Assembly (NCBI GenBank): GCA_020184695.1
Contig: JAANOX010000142.1
Location: forward strand, 434,001-498,000
Length of the DNA: 64,000 bases
Direction: 5' to 3'
From: Histomonas meleagridis 2922-C6/04-290x
Lineage: Eukaryota; Protista; Parabasalia
Every line of letters begins with the position of its first letter. The stretch's first letter is position 1. A program made the position numbers and the translations under genes. This document shows, one piece after another, positions 23,201-32,667 of this stretch. The notes below the pieces were generated by a model. That model was not told the DNA's origin and made no database searches. It was given only the letters and a program-made list of their open reading frames with translations.

Positions 23201-23399
23201 TTTTTTCTGCATTTAAAGGCTTTTTTAAAGCCGGAGTAGAATTTATTGATTTATAGAGGTTATCTAATGTTTGAGCAATTTCTGCAAATTTATGAGAATG
23301 AAAATAAGTATACTTTGTTTGGCATGAGAAGAGTAAGTTGAATAAGCTATTCTTGAGCTGCTGAACCCATTGAACCGAAGGAATAGCAAAAGAGGACAT
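20283..23399 (-). CDS. TKL-family protein kinase with N-terminal helical domain and C-terminal ARM/HEAT-like repeats
   Basis: IGRGGFSMV, VALK, HRDLKSLNILL, DFG and GTNFWMAPE are all intact. The track start 23432 is TTG; first ATG is 23399. Confidence 0.9.
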   Translation of the reverse strand: MSSFAIPSVQWVQQLKNSLFNLLFSCQTKYTYFHSHKFAEIAQTLDNLYKSINSTPALKKPLNAEKINIILELISKFKALNEFIISYNKENCLETTMKYKVETVVQTLTKFRKEYNLICTKLQFPPDFYFPKEQALFVKNDYEDCQKIMNELKKILEKSDKLTESNKSILRERVSEVQTIISERHNSPFSAERIVPQSVINDELKEYLPWDLPEDDFTICSEIGRGGFSMVYYAHRKSNDTYVALKSVNSLYITAQQLELFKREVHAFTTYNHPCILPFIGICISKLFIVTEYMSGHSLYQRIHNKELPILTPTDKTIIALGIAYGMRFLHEKKFIHRDLKSLNILLDSNSFPKISDFGLSRQHNDQDVMTIGVGTNFWMAPEVKHSDHYDSKVDVYSFGKILLELLTNEIIEDENPLNNDHSIIPKNCNPNLYKLIRDCCEREPDKRPDFKKIVSDIENGEVMFDGTDKNKVNEYSQMIIKLEDKKLLITNLLSNINEENQNVIITKIFKFDAKNIVLSLQDNMNILYNLRQNKEFISLFMKSDRNEIILDLLLATEDKRIIEILFSFSSNINPKLIYKLEHFQKLSQFLVSKGRNSRKNTILLLQKIIVNEQYDSIDDVLTTIPDLLSQFALFPDIILSTLEMMKLFPSFPLSIEESNGLITLVYNLNRSNEENDYQILLLCQFLLKSIQPSVEFLDNLFSILGILLDKSESIKIETLKILMQIFQINESFPIFAKIKENPFKSILRSKSEQSIIFTLHLSHVLLMQPSTFSLMSTLSKHFVSLLNHNNNEISKIAIACLTLLPADLILNDDNNENLIKFFNNSFSKESEITQFAIRLAGIICSKSEGAKFIQKYERELFEFLKTENKQIKKFTVMVFASLSSRNQFSKIYEDCLPVMLRLMRDDEVSNYVFVYLSNITMNPNAAKLCAPFISDLLQILNEGNFKSFPIIRRIATTIECLPLLINHVERIIETISPFLNSGIESLILEIYESLSTFEEGKAALKKMVYSSFESHLNDLQYDDPIKPQYIRILSRLQ

Positions 23400-23463
23400 A
23401 TCGTCCGGAGTGCCCCGTTTTAAGCTGCCCAAACAAACTTCACATTTCTAAAGCCAAATTCAG

Positions 23464-23937
23464 ATGTTTTCTCCTTATCTTCTAGATTTATTTATAAAAG
23501 ATGGTGAATTTAAGGTTCAGTTAGATAATTATATTTCTACTTTATGGTTTTTAATTTCTGCAGATGGACTTCAAAATGCATTTTCAACACCACAATCACC
23601 TCTTTCAGTAAATCCAATATGGGATTACCCTTCTCGTATGATCATTCAACCAAGTGATATTATGCATGCATATTTATACGTAACATTATGCACATACGCA
23701 CCAAATGGTCAGGATGTCATAGCAATTGCAAGATCTCGTGTAGGATTAAGATCATTGCCAATATCAAATCCAAGACAATTCAGATTTCCTTTAATGTCTG
23801 CAAAAAACGCTGCACAGGAAGTTATGTCCCTTAATGTTGTTGCAACTTTATCACAACTCGAACGCAAACATGAAAGCTATGGTGGAACAAACACAAAATT
23901 TCAACTTGCGCTATCAAATAAGCTTAATTCACGATGA
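23464..23937 (+). CDS. Small C2-like domain protein (157 aa)
   Basis: The beta-rich pattern FSTPQSPLSVNPIWDY...LYVTLC...IARSRVGLRSLP...FRFPLM resembles a C2 fold; this is a fold inference only. Confidence 0.55.
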   Translation: MFSPYLLDLFIKDGEFKVQLDNYISTLWFLISADGLQNAFSTPQSPLSVNPIWDYPSRMIIQPSDIMHAYLYVTLCTYAPNGQDVIAIARSRVGLRSLPISNPRQFRFPLMSAKNAAQEVMSLNVVATLSQLERKHESYGGTNTKFQLALSNKLNSR

Positions 23938-24427
23938 TTTTTCATTTTTTTTGTTAAACATTTAAAATTTTTTAAATTAACGAACATTCTCTATCTTTAA
24001 TTGGGCAGGAATTTTCACCACTTTTTAAATACTTTATTACGGAGTGATCGTTTTTTGGCTTTTGCCTAACGTATTCTATCGCCAAAAGAACACGCTATAA
24101 ACTAATTTGTAAAAAAATCTTTGACGCCAAAACTTTTTTTTTTGGGATTTGCATGCTTTTTCCAGATAGTAATGATCATTACTATTTCTAAAACAGAAGT
24201 TTTTTTTCTTGTGGTTGAATAAATTTCACCTTTAATGCATTTTTATTTGATGCATTATGGAACAAAAATTTTAATGATATTATAAATATATTTATATTAA
24301 TAATATATTATTATAATATATTTGAAGTCAACACAAAGATTTAAAAGAAGAAATATAATAAATTTATTCTCTAACTAATGAGGCTTATTTAGCAAGCTTA
24401 AAACGAAAAGATATTTCAATGTATATT

Positions 24428-25390
24428 TTACCTGGTCAACTTGAATGTTGCCAAAAATGACGGATCAATCACTCTTGGCTTATCAATTTCATCCAATGGA
24501 ACAGAAACCACTTTGTTATTTATCGTTGCTATCATTTTTGAAGTTTGTCCCTGAAGCAACTCCATCACTGCGAGGTGCCCCATTTGTGTTCCAAGAATCC
24601 TATCGTAGCCAGTTGGGGCACCCCCGCGCTGCACATAACCCAAAACCGTTTTTCGAACGATCAAATCGGTATCCTTTTCGTGTTCTGAAAGGTAATCGGC
24701 AAGTTTATCTATTCCTGGTTGCCACCCAGATGAGACTATCGTAATGCATTGGTTTTTGCCTTTAAGACTGAATTCAGCCATTCGCTTGGCAAGTTTGGAC
24801 ATATCTGCGCACGGTCTTTCTGTGATCATGCAAAAGTCAGCACCAGTAACAAGAGCAGAACGTATAGCTAACATTCCACAGCTACGACCTTCAACTTGAA
24901 CAAGAAATGTACGTTCACGTGAAGATGAACTACCTCTAATACAATCAACGCACCTCATAACGTTGTTAACAGCTGAGTCAACGCCAAGAGAAATGTCAGT
25001 TCCGTTAATATCATCTTGAATTGTTGAAGGTATTCCAATAACTTTGATACCGCGTTCAATAAATTTACGAGATTCCTTTAATGAGTTTAACCCACCAATA
25101 ACAATGAGACCTGTTATCTTTTTCTTTTTTAATATTTTCATTGCTGTATCCATTGTTTGGTCAGTAAGAATTCCTTGTGGCTTTGCAGTACCAAGAAAAC
25201 AACCAGCTTTTCCTATTTTACCAGAAACATCTCTGCTTGTTAGGAATGACATTTGGTTTTGAAGAAGGCCTTGGAAACCCCAACGAATTCCGGCAACACG
25301 AGCACCATGAGCAGCTGCTGTCCTAACAATTGCACGAATAGCTCCGTTGATGCCACTGTTATCTGTTCCACTTGAAACAACAGCGAACAT
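24428..25390 (-). CDS. PFK: Bacterial-type (group I) 6-phosphofructokinase homologue with degenerate catalytic motifs
   Basis: Full PfkA-length fold: SSGTDNSGINGAIRAIVR, GLIVIGG, VIGIPSTIQDDINGTDISLGVDSAVN, VQVEGRSCGMLA, VLGYVQRGGAPTGYDRILG. Confidence 0.9.
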   Translation of the reverse strand: MFAVVSSGTDNSGINGAIRAIVRTAAAHGARVAGIRWGFQGLLQNQMSFLTSRDVSGKIGKAGCFLGTAKPQGILTDQTMDTAMKILKKKKITGLIVIGGLNSLKESRKFIERGIKVIGIPSTIQDDINGTDISLGVDSAVNNVMRCVDCIRGSSSSRERTFLVQVEGRSCGMLAIRSALVTGADFCMITERPCADMSKLAKRMAEFSLKGKNQCITIVSSGWQPGIDKLADYLSEHEKDTDLIVRKTVLGYVQRGGAPTGYDRILGTQMGHLAVMELLQGQTSKMIATINNKVVSVPLDEIDKPRVIDPSFLATFKLTR

Positions 25391-25679
25391 TTTATTTGAT
25401 ATCTCTTTGTTTCGATTTCAATGGGAATTGATCGTGTTTGAATTGGGCTTTAAACGGTTTTTTATCATTCCTTCATAAAATTTTTCCTAAACACGTTCTT
25501 TGATAAATTTCTTATAGAAACAATTACGTTGAGTAAAAACTTTAAAACTTTATCAAACACCAATTTTTGTATCCAAATCACTAAATTTTTTGTACTTGAA
25601 ATTCATTGAATGATCAAACCTCAAAAACATATAAAACTGATTTTAGAAAAAAAAATACATTGTTAAAGCAATAAACGTT

Positions 25680-26330
25680 TTAGTCTTTAGCTTCGTGAAC
25701 CTTGATGACATCTGGTTGTGGTTCACGTGGTCCAGTGATGCCTTGTGGATCGTGTGCCAACATAATGAGAACACGGATACCAACAACGGCTTGCTTCATT
25801 GGGATATGGCCAACAGCCTTTAATACGTACTTTTGTGAAACATCACCACTCTTAACCATGTAACCTTCGCGGAACTTCATTGCAGCAGCACGTGCTGATC
25901 TCATTTTACCTGAGATAACAACTTCACAACCACGAGCGCCAGCATCCATGACAAAGCGGATGATAGAATAAGCAGCACGACGAGCTGGAATACGGTTAAC
26001 AAGCTTGAAGCGAAGAGATTCAAGCTGGTTAAGAGCAGAAAGACCACGACGTTGGATACGATCGATGAAGATTTCAAGTTGGTCATCTTTAATGTGCCAT
26101 CTCTTTAAAACCATCATGCGGATTTCTTGGAGGCGACGGCCATTGTTGTCAACAAATAATTTTGTGTTAGAAGCCTTGATGATGATTTCTGTACGGGATG
26201 GTGTTGTACGAACTTCACAACCACCATATCCATCAGCAGCTAATTCACGGGTGAAGAGTTCGTTAAGTTCAGCATAGAAAAGACCTGTTTCGATAATACG
26301 ACGTACTTTTGTGCAGCGTTGAGCTTTCAT
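25680..26330 (-). CDS. RPS3: 40S ribosomal protein S3 (uS3)
   Basis: GLFYAELNELFTRELAADGYGGCEVR...RGLSALNQLESLRFKL...GARGCEVVISGKMR. Confidence 0.97.
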   Translation of the reverse strand: MKAQRCTKVRRIIETGLFYAELNELFTRELAADGYGGCEVRTTPSRTEIIIKASNTKLFVDNNGRRLQEIRMMVLKRWHIKDDQLEIFIDRIQRRGLSALNQLESLRFKLVNRIPARRAAYSIIRFVMDAGARGCEVVISGKMRSARAAAMKFREGYMVKSGDVSQKYVLKAVGHIPMKQAVVGIRVLIMLAHDPQGITGPREPQPDVIKVHEAKD

Positions 26331-26333
26331 AGC

Positions 26334-26353
26334 AAAGGCGGACCATAACCGCC
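26334..26353 (-). promoter_or_regulatory. M3 (GGCGGTTA) plus M5 (CCTTT) core promoter of RPS3
   Basis: Minus strand reads ggcggttatggtccgcctttgctATG. Matches the Trichomonas M3/M5 core-promoter pair; M3 start to M5 start is 15 nt. Confidence 0.75.
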
Positions 26354-26675
26354 AATAATAAGAGACCGTTTAAATACTTACTGTTTTTTTAATTTTTTTT
26401 TCATCTTCTCAGGATAAATGGTGAATGTGTGATATTCTTTAAAAAGGAAATAGTTTTGTGCAAATCTAAATCAAATATTGAGTTAAAAATCCAAAATGAA
26501 ATTTCACAATAATAATATTTATCAGAATATACATGCATAAAAATTATTAACTACAAATCAAAAATAATTATAATAAGGTGAACGTGTGAAGGTCAATAAT
26601 GAGTAAACACCAATTCTGTGCGCTTTTCTAAAATTTGCCAAACTTCTTTCTGAAAGACTTTTTATTTTTTTCTTC

Positions 26676-28190
26676 ATGGCAGCCATCGGAATCGATCTTG
26701 GGACAACATACAGCAGTGTTGGTGTTTGTGTAGATGGTAAAATTATAATTGTTCCAAATGAAATGGATAAATTCTCAACACCATCCATTGTTTCAGAAGA
26801 CTGTGTTGGCGAAGAAGCAAGCAACCAAGGGATTATCAATCCGCAGAATACGATCTATGATACCAAGCGCATGATAGGCCGAAAGTTTACTGATCCAGAA
26901 TTTCAAAAAGATCTTCATATATGGCCCTTTAAAGTTATCCGTGGAGATGATGACCATCCAGCGATCGAAGTAAACTGGGACAATGAAAAAAAATCTCTAT
27001 ATCCAGAAGAAATATCTGCCATGATATTAACCAAAATGAAAAATATTGCAGAGGAATACCTTGGAACCAAAGTAGAAGATGCTGTTATTACAGTTCCAGC
27101 TTATTTCAAAGATGCACAACGTCAAGCCACACATGATGCTGCCGTTATTGCTGGTCTCAATGTTTTACGCTTTATAAATGAGCCCACTGCTGCTGCGATT
27201 GGCTATGGTTTCAAAAGCCACACAGACGAAATTCGTCATGTATTAATTTATGATCTTGGCGGTGGTACATTTGATGTTACAGTTCTTGAAGTCAAAGGTT
27301 TAGACTTCACTGTGCTTTCATCAGGCGGTAACTCACATCTTGGCGGCGAAGATTTTGACAATCGAATGGTCACATATATTGCTGATAAATTTCAAGAAAA
27401 ATATCAATGTGATTTACGTCAATCTCAACGATCAGTCATTACATTACGTAAAGCATGTGAACAAGCCAAATTAGTTCTCTCAGTTAGGGACAAGGCAACC
27501 ATCATATGCGAGTCCATATATCAAGGACATAATTTAATTTGTGATATAACTCGAAAAGAATTTGAAGAACTTAACAAAGATTTATTTAAACATACTTTAG
27601 ATACAATTAAAAAAGTCATTCATCAATCGAATTTAGATAAAGCAAAAATTGATGAAGTAGTTCTTGTTGGAGGATCATCAAAGATTCCATATATTAAGAA
27701 AATGATTTCTAAATACTTTGATGGAAAAGATGTAATTCGACGTAATATTGATCCAGAACAAGCTGTCGCTTATGGTGCAACTATACAAGCAGGAATAATT
27801 AAGGGAATCATAAGTAATATTAATATTAATGAAGTTACAACGTTTTCTCTCGGTGTTGAATGTAATACTGTTAAAATGGACGTGTTAATTCCACGAGGAA
27901 CTAAAATTCCAATACAAATATCAAAATTTTATACAACGAATAATGATCAACAAGATTTCGCTCAAATTAAAATATATGAAGGTGAAAGTGAATATACAAA
28001 AGACTGCGATTTACTCGGTAGTTTTTATTTGGACGGATTTAATACTGAGCAAATTCCTAAAATTAAAATTACTTTTGAAATTAATGAAAATGGAATTCTT
28101 ACAGCTTCGGCGGTGGAAGAAAATACAGGAAATTCATTTAAGTTACGAGTTGGCAAAGTGGTTGGGGAAAACGCACAAAATGAAAAATAA
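26676..28190 (+). CDS. HSP70: Hsp70/DnaK-family protein lacking the C-terminal lid (504 aa)
   Basis: AIGIDLGTTYS, AVITVPAYF, INEPTAAA, DLGGGTFDV, VVLVGGSSKIP. The substrate-binding beta domain ends ITFEINENGILTASA; there is no EEVD. Confidence 0.92.
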   Translation: MAAIGIDLGTTYSSVGVCVDGKIIIVPNEMDKFSTPSIVSEDCVGEEASNQGIINPQNTIYDTKRMIGRKFTDPEFQKDLHIWPFKVIRGDDDHPAIEVNWDNEKKSLYPEEISAMILTKMKNIAEEYLGTKVEDAVITVPAYFKDAQRQATHDAAVIAGLNVLRFINEPTAAAIGYGFKSHTDEIRHVLIYDLGGGTFDVTVLEVKGLDFTVLSSGGNSHLGGEDFDNRMVTYIADKFQEKYQCDLRQSQRSVITLRKACEQAKLVLSVRDKATIICESIYQGHNLICDITRKEFEELNKDLFKHTLDTIKKVIHQSNLDKAKIDEVVLVGGSSKIPYIKKMISKYFDGKDVIRRNIDPEQAVAYGATIQAGIIKGIISNININEVTTFSLGVECNTVKMDVLIPRGTKIPIQISKFYTTNNDQQDFAQIKIYEGESEYTKDCDLLGSFYLDGFNTEQIPKIKITFEINENGILTASAVEENTGNSFKLRVGKVVGENAQNEK

Positions 28191-28402
28191 ATGCTAATTT
28201 ATTTTCAAATACCTATCGAAAATTTTATTGTATACAAAAGACGAAATGTGATAGCATGCAAAATGAATTCAAACACTGTAAAAATTTGTATATGTTTTTT
28301 TTAAAATATTTTATTGAAAGTTGTTAATTTGAATGTACTTTATAATGGAAAAATTTTTCTATAAACAACTTAGATTATTTTGCTATTTTTAGTATTTGGA
28401 TT

Positions 28403-28484
28403 GGTACTTTGGCCGAGTGGTCTAAGGCGTTGGATTTAAGCCCCAATACCGAGAGGTGCGTGGGTTCGAACCCCACAGGTACCA
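28403..28484 (+). tRNA. tRNA-Leu (anticodon UAA)
   Basis: Acceptor stem GGTACTT/AGGTACC plus discriminator A, D-arm TGGCCGAGTGG, anticodon arm TTGGA-TTTAAGC-CCCAA, long variable arm, T-loop GGTTCGAACCC, and an oligo-T Pol III terminator immediately after. Confidence 0.95.
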
Positions 28485-28852
28485 TTTTTTTCTTTATTAA
28501 ACAACGAGTTGATGGAAATATTAATTTACTGATTTTTTCCATATGATTATAAAGAACAAATACCTTTTATGTAACTCTTGACCAGATTATCGAAAGAACT
28601 AATGATAATTTAGATTTCATAATTTTTACATAATATATGTATATAAACCAATTTTTATATATTAGATATGTTTTTATTGAAAATTCGATTCAATAGCCTG
28701 CACAAATATTTTGTAAGATCTTGTATGTGTTTCGAAATCTATAGATAGTTATAAAATATAACTCAAGAACGCTGATCAAGATACCCTATGAAAAGTCGCC
28801 ATCGTAATATCAAAATTTCTATCGAGCGCAAAAGATATTTGAAAATTTCCAA

Positions 28853-29917
28853 ATGATAACGAACCAACAGTATCAAGCTAAATTACAAAGTTTATCAGAA
28901 CAAATAGAAAAAACACAAAAGGAACTTGACGAAGCTGAAGAAGTACTTTTGCAAATTATAGGCAAGTCTGATTTAAATTATGATGTTGTTGGTGAAAAAG
29001 AAAGATATGCCAAAATCTTTGATGATTATTTAGAACATCTGAAAACCATTACAAGAAATGCTAGTGATCCATATCTTGACACAGAAAACTATATTAATCA
29101 AAAAAATAATCAAATTGCAAGTCTTTCTGCAAAAAGAGAATCATTAAAATCCGAAATTGAAAATCTAGATTCCAAGGTAAGCGCAAAACATCAAAAACTT
29201 ATCCAAGAAAGTCAAGATTATCATGCCAAAGTACAAGATATCTTTCAAAATCTAAAAGACCTATATCCAAAAATAGAGGGAATTTTTATGTCAGTTAAAG
29301 ACGAGCTCAAAGCATATATAGAACAACTTAAAAATGAATCAGATTCTATCCATCCACATTATATCAATTTATTAAAAGAACAGATTGCAAAAAACATCAA
29401 CGCCAAGCAACAAGAAATCAAAGATCTTGATCAAAATATGGAAGAACTTCGCAACAAACATAATTCTACTCGAGAGCATCAACAAGATCTTAATCAATCC
29501 CTTTCTGAGGCCGAAACTCTTTACAATGAAACTAATGAATTCTACCAAGAGATAAGAAAGGCATGTGATCAACTGGAAGAACTTTCAAAATCATTCGAAA
29601 AAGAAAATCAAACAGAAAACGACCGTTATCGCGTAACGGTCGAATTCATTGTTGAGTTGAAACCAATTGTTCAAAAGATTGAGACTTGCGTTTCTAGTTT
29701 TAGCGTAATCTCAAAGACGCTTGAAAAGGCTTCAGTAAGAATTGTTGTGAAAGCTGATGATAAATTGGGAAGATATGGAGTTGCAATTCCTCCTGGGATT
29801 AAAAAGTTCTTTAATTTAAGGGAAAAAATTATTGAACTTGTTGGGCCATGGGAGTTCTCGTTACTGGCCTTAAATGAAGATGAACTTCTTAAGTTTTATA
29901 ATTCATTAAAAGAGTAA
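28853..29917 (+). CDS. Hypothetical coiled-coil protein (354 aa)
   Basis: Long ATG-initiated ORF with heptad E/K/Q-rich composition; no family recognised. Confidence 0.75.
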   Translation: MITNQQYQAKLQSLSEQIEKTQKELDEAEEVLLQIIGKSDLNYDVVGEKERYAKIFDDYLEHLKTITRNASDPYLDTENYINQKNNQIASLSAKRESLKSEIENLDSKVSAKHQKLIQESQDYHAKVQDIFQNLKDLYPKIEGIFMSVKDELKAYIEQLKNESDSIHPHYINLLKEQIAKNINAKQQEIKDLDQNMEELRNKHNSTREHQQDLNQSLSEAETLYNETNEFYQEIRKACDQLEELSKSFEKENQTENDRYRVTVEFIVELKPIVQKIETCVSSFSVISKTLEKASVRIVVKADDKLGRYGVAIPPGIKKFFNLREKIIELVGPWEFSLLALNEDELLKFYNSLKE

Positions 29918-30248
29918 TTTTGATTGTGATAAAATTTTTTGGATAAATTTCAATAAAGAATATCAATAGATCAAAACAAAAATCTGATTTTTTTGAATTA
30001 ATACGAATAATTATTTAAAGATTTTTATAATATTATTGAGAGACATTCATATCTAATTAGTGAATAAATAAATTATTACAGACGAAATTAAAACTAACTT
30101 GAACAAATAAAATTATTTGACTGTTTCTATATGACCAAAATAACATGCATATAAAAATGGATATAAAACAGCTCGAAACCCAAGAAGTGGTTGTGATCGT
30201 TTTACTCTCAATAAATGACAATTTTTGAGAATCTTCGTTTGCATGCAA

Positions 30249-30269
30249 GGCGGTTTTGTTTGGCCCTTT
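30249..30269 (+). promoter_or_regulatory. M3 (GGCGGTTT) plus M5 (CCTTT) core promoter of RPLP1
   Basis: ggcggttttgtttggcccttttagagATG; M3 start to M5 start is 16 nt. Confidence 0.75.
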
Positions 30270-30274
30270 TAGAG

Positions 30275-30586
30275 ATGGCTGAACTCGCTGTTGTCTATGC
30301 TGCTTTGATTCTCAACGATGATGGAATTGAAATCACAAGTGACAAACTCAACAAGCTCATCCAAGCTGCAGGAGTTAAACTTGAATCATATTGGGTTGAT
30401 CTTTTTGCAGAATATTTCAAGACACACGATGTTACTGAACTTGTTAAAGGAACAGCACTTGGCGGTGCTGCTCCATCTGGTGGTGCTGCAACAGGTGCTG
30501 CTGAAGAAACTAAAGAAGAAGAGAAGAAGAAGGAAGAAGAAGAAGTCGTTGAAATGATGGGTGGCTTTGATGACCTCTTCGATTAA
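30275..30586 (+). CDS. RPLP1: 60S acidic ribosomal protein P1
   Basis: MAELAVVYAALILNDDGIEITSDKL...GVKLESYWVDLFA, an Ala/Gly hinge and an acidic tail ending MMGGFDDLFD. True start at ATG 30275. Confidence 0.93.
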   Translation: MAELAVVYAALILNDDGIEITSDKLNKLIQAAGVKLESYWVDLFAEYFKTHDVTELVKGTALGGAAPSGGAATGAAEETKEEEKKKEEEEVVEMMGGFDDLFD

Positions 30587-30753
30587 GTAAATAATTTGCC
30601 TTGCATATAATCTTACTTTTTTTATGAAAATTTTTTTAATTCGGTAATTACAAACGTTTAATATAAGTAATATATCTATAGTTCTTTGAAAATAATAACT
30701 TCATTAAGCAACAATTAAATAAAAAAATCAAATTTTTAAAATTGCAGGTTTTA

Positions 30754-32667
30754 TTAATTTAGTTCTTTTGCAAATGGATCATCTTCTCCTTTTTTGTCAA
30801 ACAATGGATTAAAGAATTTCTGAGGTTCGCCAAGGTTTTGATTTATTTGATATTCAATTTCGTCATTTTTCATGTCTTTTTCTTCTTTGTTGTTATTAAC
30901 GTAAATGTAAATAGTTACTGCAATGATTAATGCTCCTACTACAACTACACCACCTCCAATAGCTGCAACATATTTATTTGATTTTGAAGCCTCTGCGTTA
31001 AAAACTTCGCTTCCGATTTTTTGTGTTTCCATTGGTGAATATGAAGGAGACATTGAAGGGGTTGGAGATTGTGATGGAGATTTCGAAGGGGTTGGAGATC
31101 TTGAAGGAGATTTCGAAGGAGTTGGAGATTGTGATGGAGACCTTGAGGCGGTAGGAGATTGTGAAGGAGAAGGAGATCTTGAAGGAGATGGTGATCTTGA
31201 AGGTGTTGGAGACATTGTAGGTGTTGGAAATGGATTAATAAAGCAGTGGACAGTATTTCCAAGATTATTTGCATTATCCAAAGCTGCAATGTGAAAATAT
31301 TTCATTTGTTCTTTAGGTTGAATTACATGTTTTGTTTCCGTAGTTTGGTATTCTCTTCTTTTATTTCCATTTATTTTTGTATCATTTTTATTATCAATAA
31401 GATAATAATATGCATAAATTCCAGTTTTTACTTCGATATGTTCATCAGCAGAAACTGCAATAACATTAGTAATATTATCATTTTCAAAAGCTTCAATTCT
31501 GAAATCATATTTTGTTCCTATATCAATTCCTTCCCATTGAATTATTCGACTATTTGAACAATCTAAAGTTACAATTGGAGCTTCAAAATCATTTGATGAA
31601 TGATCAACGAAACTTGTTAAATTTGTTTTTCTTTTCATAGAATATATTAAATTTGCCATTATATTTCTTGAGTGTGAATTTGTTTTAGCACTATTTGAAT
31701 CTTGTAATGCTGCTGTATTATTATAAGTAGCTAGATAAGGAAAATGGTGTGAATGTTGTGGAAAGTTATATCTACTTCCTATTTGAACCCATGTATCGCC
31801 TTTTGCCAATTGTTTTGTTGTACCGGATTCTGGAATATGAAACACACTACCTACGCCTCCACTGAATTTCCATGGGTAATATGTTATTGGTCCTAATAAT
31901 AATATCTTCATCCCACGATCATACATATCATATATTGTACCAAACTGGTGGCATGGATGAGCATAAAAATTAAAATGTGAAGGTCCTAATGTTAAAAGTG
32001 AAAATGGTTTTTTTCCTTTGCAAAAATATCCAGATAAAACATCACGACCAGCAATAAAACCACCTTCATTTTCAATATAAGGTTTCACATATTTTTGAAC
32101 TGTTTCTGTTGTAATAGAAACACCTGCATTAAAATTATATTGACCATGAAATACTACATCATATTGATATATCATATTTGGATTATCTTCGAATTCATCT
32201 ATTGATACTGGTGTTACAAAAATAGATTGTTTTCCTGTTAAAGGGTGTTTTCCTGAAGGTTCTACTGGACCACCGATTCCTTGTCCAGGACAATCAGCAG
32301 TCCCTCCTTCCATATAAATTTTTAATAAGCCTGATACATATAATTGTGATTTTGTTCCATTGCTAAAAATTACATTACAAATATGTGGCAAACGGCTTTC
32401 TTTATATGCATTATTTCTCACACCTTTGGTTGTATTACTTGGATATATTTGTAATACTTTTATTATTTGTCCATCTGAAAATGTACTTATCCTTTTCCAA
32501 TCACCGCCATCTTTCCTTTGATATGCAAGATATTGTACATTATTCCCTTTGACTTTTGACCAATTTAGAATAGTCCCACCTTGACCATACATAGCAGAAG
32601 GATAATTGACTAATTTAAGATCAATTGATTGTTCACATTTTATGTGGAACAAAAATAATGAAAACAT
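30754..32667 (-). CDS. Type-I membrane protein with a DUF5057-like (Firmicute-type) ectodomain and Ser/Pro/Thr stalk
   Basis: Signal peptide; ectodomain homologous to the 55117-57323 protein (YDVVFHG...GFIAGRD vs YDVIFIG...GVIAGHD); (SP/TP)n stalk at ~31036-31232; TM VAAIGGGVVVVGALIIAVTIYIYV; tail NPLF...EDDPFAKEL. The family name is recalled similarity, not a search result. Confidence 0.75.
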   Translation of the reverse strand: MFSLFLFHIKCEQSIDLKLVNYPSAMYGQGGTILNWSKVKGNNVQYLAYQRKDGGDWKRISTFSDGQIIKVLQIYPSNTTKGVRNNAYKESRLPHICNVIFSNGTKSQLYVSGLLKIYMEGGTADCPGQGIGGPVEPSGKHPLTGKQSIFVTPVSIDEFEDNPNMIYQYDVVFHGQYNFNAGVSITTETVQKYVKPYIENEGGFIAGRDVLSGYFCKGKKPFSLLTLGPSHFNFYAHPCHQFGTIYDMYDRGMKILLLGPITYYPWKFSGGVGSVFHIPESGTTKQLAKGDTWVQIGSRYNFPQHSHHFPYLATYNNTAALQDSNSAKTNSHSRNIMANLIYSMKRKTNLTSFVDHSSNDFEAPIVTLDCSNSRIIQWEGIDIGTKYDFRIEAFENDNITNVIAVSADEHIEVKTGIYAYYYLIDNKNDTKINGNKRREYQTTETKHVIQPKEQMKYFHIAALDNANNLGNTVHCFINPFPTPTMSPTPSRSPSPSRSPSPSQSPTASRSPSQSPTPSKSPSRSPTPSKSPSQSPTPSMSPSYSPMETQKIGSEVFNAEASKSNKYVAAIGGGVVVVGALIIAVTIYIYVNNNKEEKDMKNDEIEYQINQNLGEPQKFFNPLFDKKGEDDPFAKELN

